A stretch of 60,188 nucleotides of DNA, counting the filler, from Hausera hauseri (taxonomy: Eukaryota): assembly GCA_046269625.1 (NCBI GenBank). It is 11 parts of 11 records of this genome, joined end to end, with 100 filler letters (N's around TTAATTAATTAA, not from the genome) between each part and the next. Parts side by side here need not be neighbours in the genome. Positions count along the whole stretch, not along the records: positions 55,067 to 60,188 come from JBJURY010329271.1; 10 more parts are not named here. One strand, given 5' to 3'. Shown here piece after piece: positions 58,050-60,188 of this stretch. The notes below the pieces were generated by a model. That model did not search any database and was not told the DNA's origin. It was given only the letters and a program-made list of their open reading frames with translations. How positions within the stretch are numbered: position 1 is the first letter of the stretch; each line of letters starts with the position of its first letter. A program made the translations under genes and the position numbers.

Positions 58050-59110
58050 GGAATGAGAAGAACTTATGTTCGAGTCGGAAACAGACGAAGAAGAGGATGA
58101 AGCATGTTCCATAAAATTTTTACATGAAATGATGTCTGAAAATGTTGCCAAAACGGACAAGAAGAGATCGAAAGATCCAGATTATGAAGGAGAAGTAAAG
58201 CGTTTCTACGGTTTCGTATCTGATCAATTCAGGGAAAAATAGATCCAAGTGGTTCGCGAAGATGTGGAAGCAAACCAAACGTCCATATACATCGCCGAGA
58301 AGATAAAATTATCTTCAGATGATGTAAAAGTGATGAAAATATATGTTCAGAGAAGATCTACAAGTGATCATGAAATATATCAACGAATCCGTATTGGTGT
58401 ACTTCAACAATTTATTGCAGCAAGAATGGAAGGCAAACCCGTTACATCTTTGGATTTTGAGATTTGGGTAGATCAAGCTGTTCAGTTACATAAACCATCC
58501 CGAGAGTGTAGTAGCAAATCATTTTTTGACAGCCTCAAAAAATCGATAAGAATCAGTTCACGACGAGTAACGCATTTTGTAGCGAAAGCCAATATTGTGG
58601 ATGAAGAGAAATTGATCGAAGATGCGAAGAATTTTGCAATTGAAATCAATGAACGCTGTACTAATGAAAGAATTGAGTATTATTTTGTTTTTAATAGTGA
58701 CCAAAGAAAATTTGAGTACGAGATGGTTTGTGATCGTACGTATGAACGAATAGGCACCAAACATGTATAGTTTGTAATGGTTGATAAAACTTCAATTTCA
58801 CATTCTTACTCTACACAATTAATTCTGTCAGAATCTGGAAAGTTAGGTAAGTACCTGCATATTTGCTTCAAAGAACCTAAGGGAAAATTTCGGCCAAATG
58901 TTGCAAAAGATGTAAAAAAAGCTGTCAGAAATGAAAAATCTCGTGGTAGCAGAAACAACTACATCAGGAAAGCTAATAAAATGCCATGTAGATTCTTGGA
59001 TGGAAAAGTGGTTTAGACCTGGTAATAATGCAAATATAAAAACATTTCTTTTACTGGATGCACGGGGTTGCCATAAACATGTAGTACCAGGTGATGAAGT
59101 AGATGTTCAA
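58050..59110 (+). mobile_element. pogo/Tigger-like transposase pseudogene (CENP-B HTH plus DDE)
   Basis: FIAARMEGKPVT...FFDSLKKSIRISSRRVT, VFNSDQ, HSYS..ILSESGKL, LLLDA..CH. Confidence 0.75.
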
Positions 59111-59170
59111 ATGGAGATAGAATCTAATTGTGATAAAACGGAGACTTCATCAGCACAAGAAAACCTCGTG

Positions 59171-60188
59171 AGTAGTAGAAAAATGTTGGTCCTAGCTCAC
59201 TCCCTTCCCGGGAGTACCCCCCATGCAGCCAATACGAAGCGTGCTTGATGCGCACACAGGTACTGGGTTTGTCAATACGGCGACGGAAATTTCAAAAATT
59301 ACACTTACAAAACTGCACGGTGCACCCCGGAAGTAGGGGAAGTGCACAAAAATGCGGATGTTAGAAGGCAATGGTGCACGGTCATGTGTGGCACATAGAA
59401 ATGATGGATCAGCGATGGCGCATCCAATGCCGAAGAAAACAAGTCGATCAGATGGCGCACAGAAGCACGGGGCGATGGGAAAAAAGTGATCCCGGACCGG
59501 CATATGGTTTATGGGGAACTGGAAAACGTTATAGGTGAGGCGGCACCGGTCGGGTAACAATTGGGCGATGAGTAGCCGAACGGTACCGAAAAGAAAGGTG
59601 CACGATGCACCGATGACGTCACAGACACCCATGTGTGTGTGCACTGATGACGGAATCCAGTGTTGAGTAGCATATCAAACGAAAACCCAAGACGCGGGCT
59701 ATTCGATAACGGTGTCCGAATGGAAATAACCCAATACGGAACAAAAGTGCGATGAGAAACGTCGAAAATTGGAAAAGGAAAAACCTTTTTGATGGACACG
59801 GATATCAGTGCGTTTATTCAAAATGAAATCAACAAAATCGTCCTCGAACCATATGAAAGTGAGTCTAAGAAAATTGGATGGACATTAGACCATGTTGAAC
59901 GAATTAACATTAGAATTAACAAACATATGCCAATTAACGTATCATCCTATATACCACTGCCGGATTGGATTGAAGGAACAAAGTCGTGTGTAAATGTGAT
60001 GAATTATAAAGACAACCTGTGCTTCAAATATGCGATTTTAACAAAAATACTGATGGATTAGTACAATGAATGAAATCCGTGTAGAGCGAATAAATAAGAT
60101 ACACTGCAACATCCACATGATTTTTCCTGTATCAACCAGTATCTTCCTGTTATGCCGGAAATCAAAAAATTTGAAAACCTTAATAATA
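59171..60188 (+). mobile_element. Maverick/Polinton left end with the start of a degraded pPolB
   Basis: AGTAGTAG terminus, GC-rich tract, then GWTLDHVERINIRINKHMPINVSSYIPLP...VNVMNYKDNLCFKYAIL (59789-60061). Confidence 0.75.

Overview
This window is not one locus. It is 11 short eukaryotic contigs joined by artificial 100-nt spacers (44 N + TTAATTAATTAA + 44 N). The DNA is AT-rich and almost entirely mobile elements; the CsRn1-type Gypsy, Mavericks, Buster hAT and mariner suggest an invertebrate, possibly a flatworm (inference). Contents: decayed Ty3/Gypsy elements, four Maverick/Polinton protein-primed PolB fragments with accessory genes and AGT-type termini, a near-intact Buster hAT transposon, mariner and pogo remnants, a 5-kb (TTCG)n satellite, and intronless pseudogenes of cyclophilin and of the DNA polymerase alpha C-terminus. 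Three things stand out. (1) Contig 18675-26359 closes on itself with an exact 77-nt overlap, giving a 7,608-bp circle or tandem unit. It has one LTR-like region with PBS and PPT and three intact ORFs: a zinc-knuckle/coiled-coil protein, a paralogous coiled-coil protein split across the junction, and an F-type fusion envelope. It has no recognisable capsid, protease, RT or integrase. (2) A Gypsy family seen on two, probably three, contigs carries a virus-like accessory cassette downstream of integrase: an FN3-like type-I membrane protein, a conserved splice acceptor, an unknown 'IPNNLKG' protein and a RING finger. (3) Contig 4806-9882 also closes on itself (5,000 bp) and encodes a triple AT-hook protein. 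No database searches were run; family calls rest on motifs recognised by eye.
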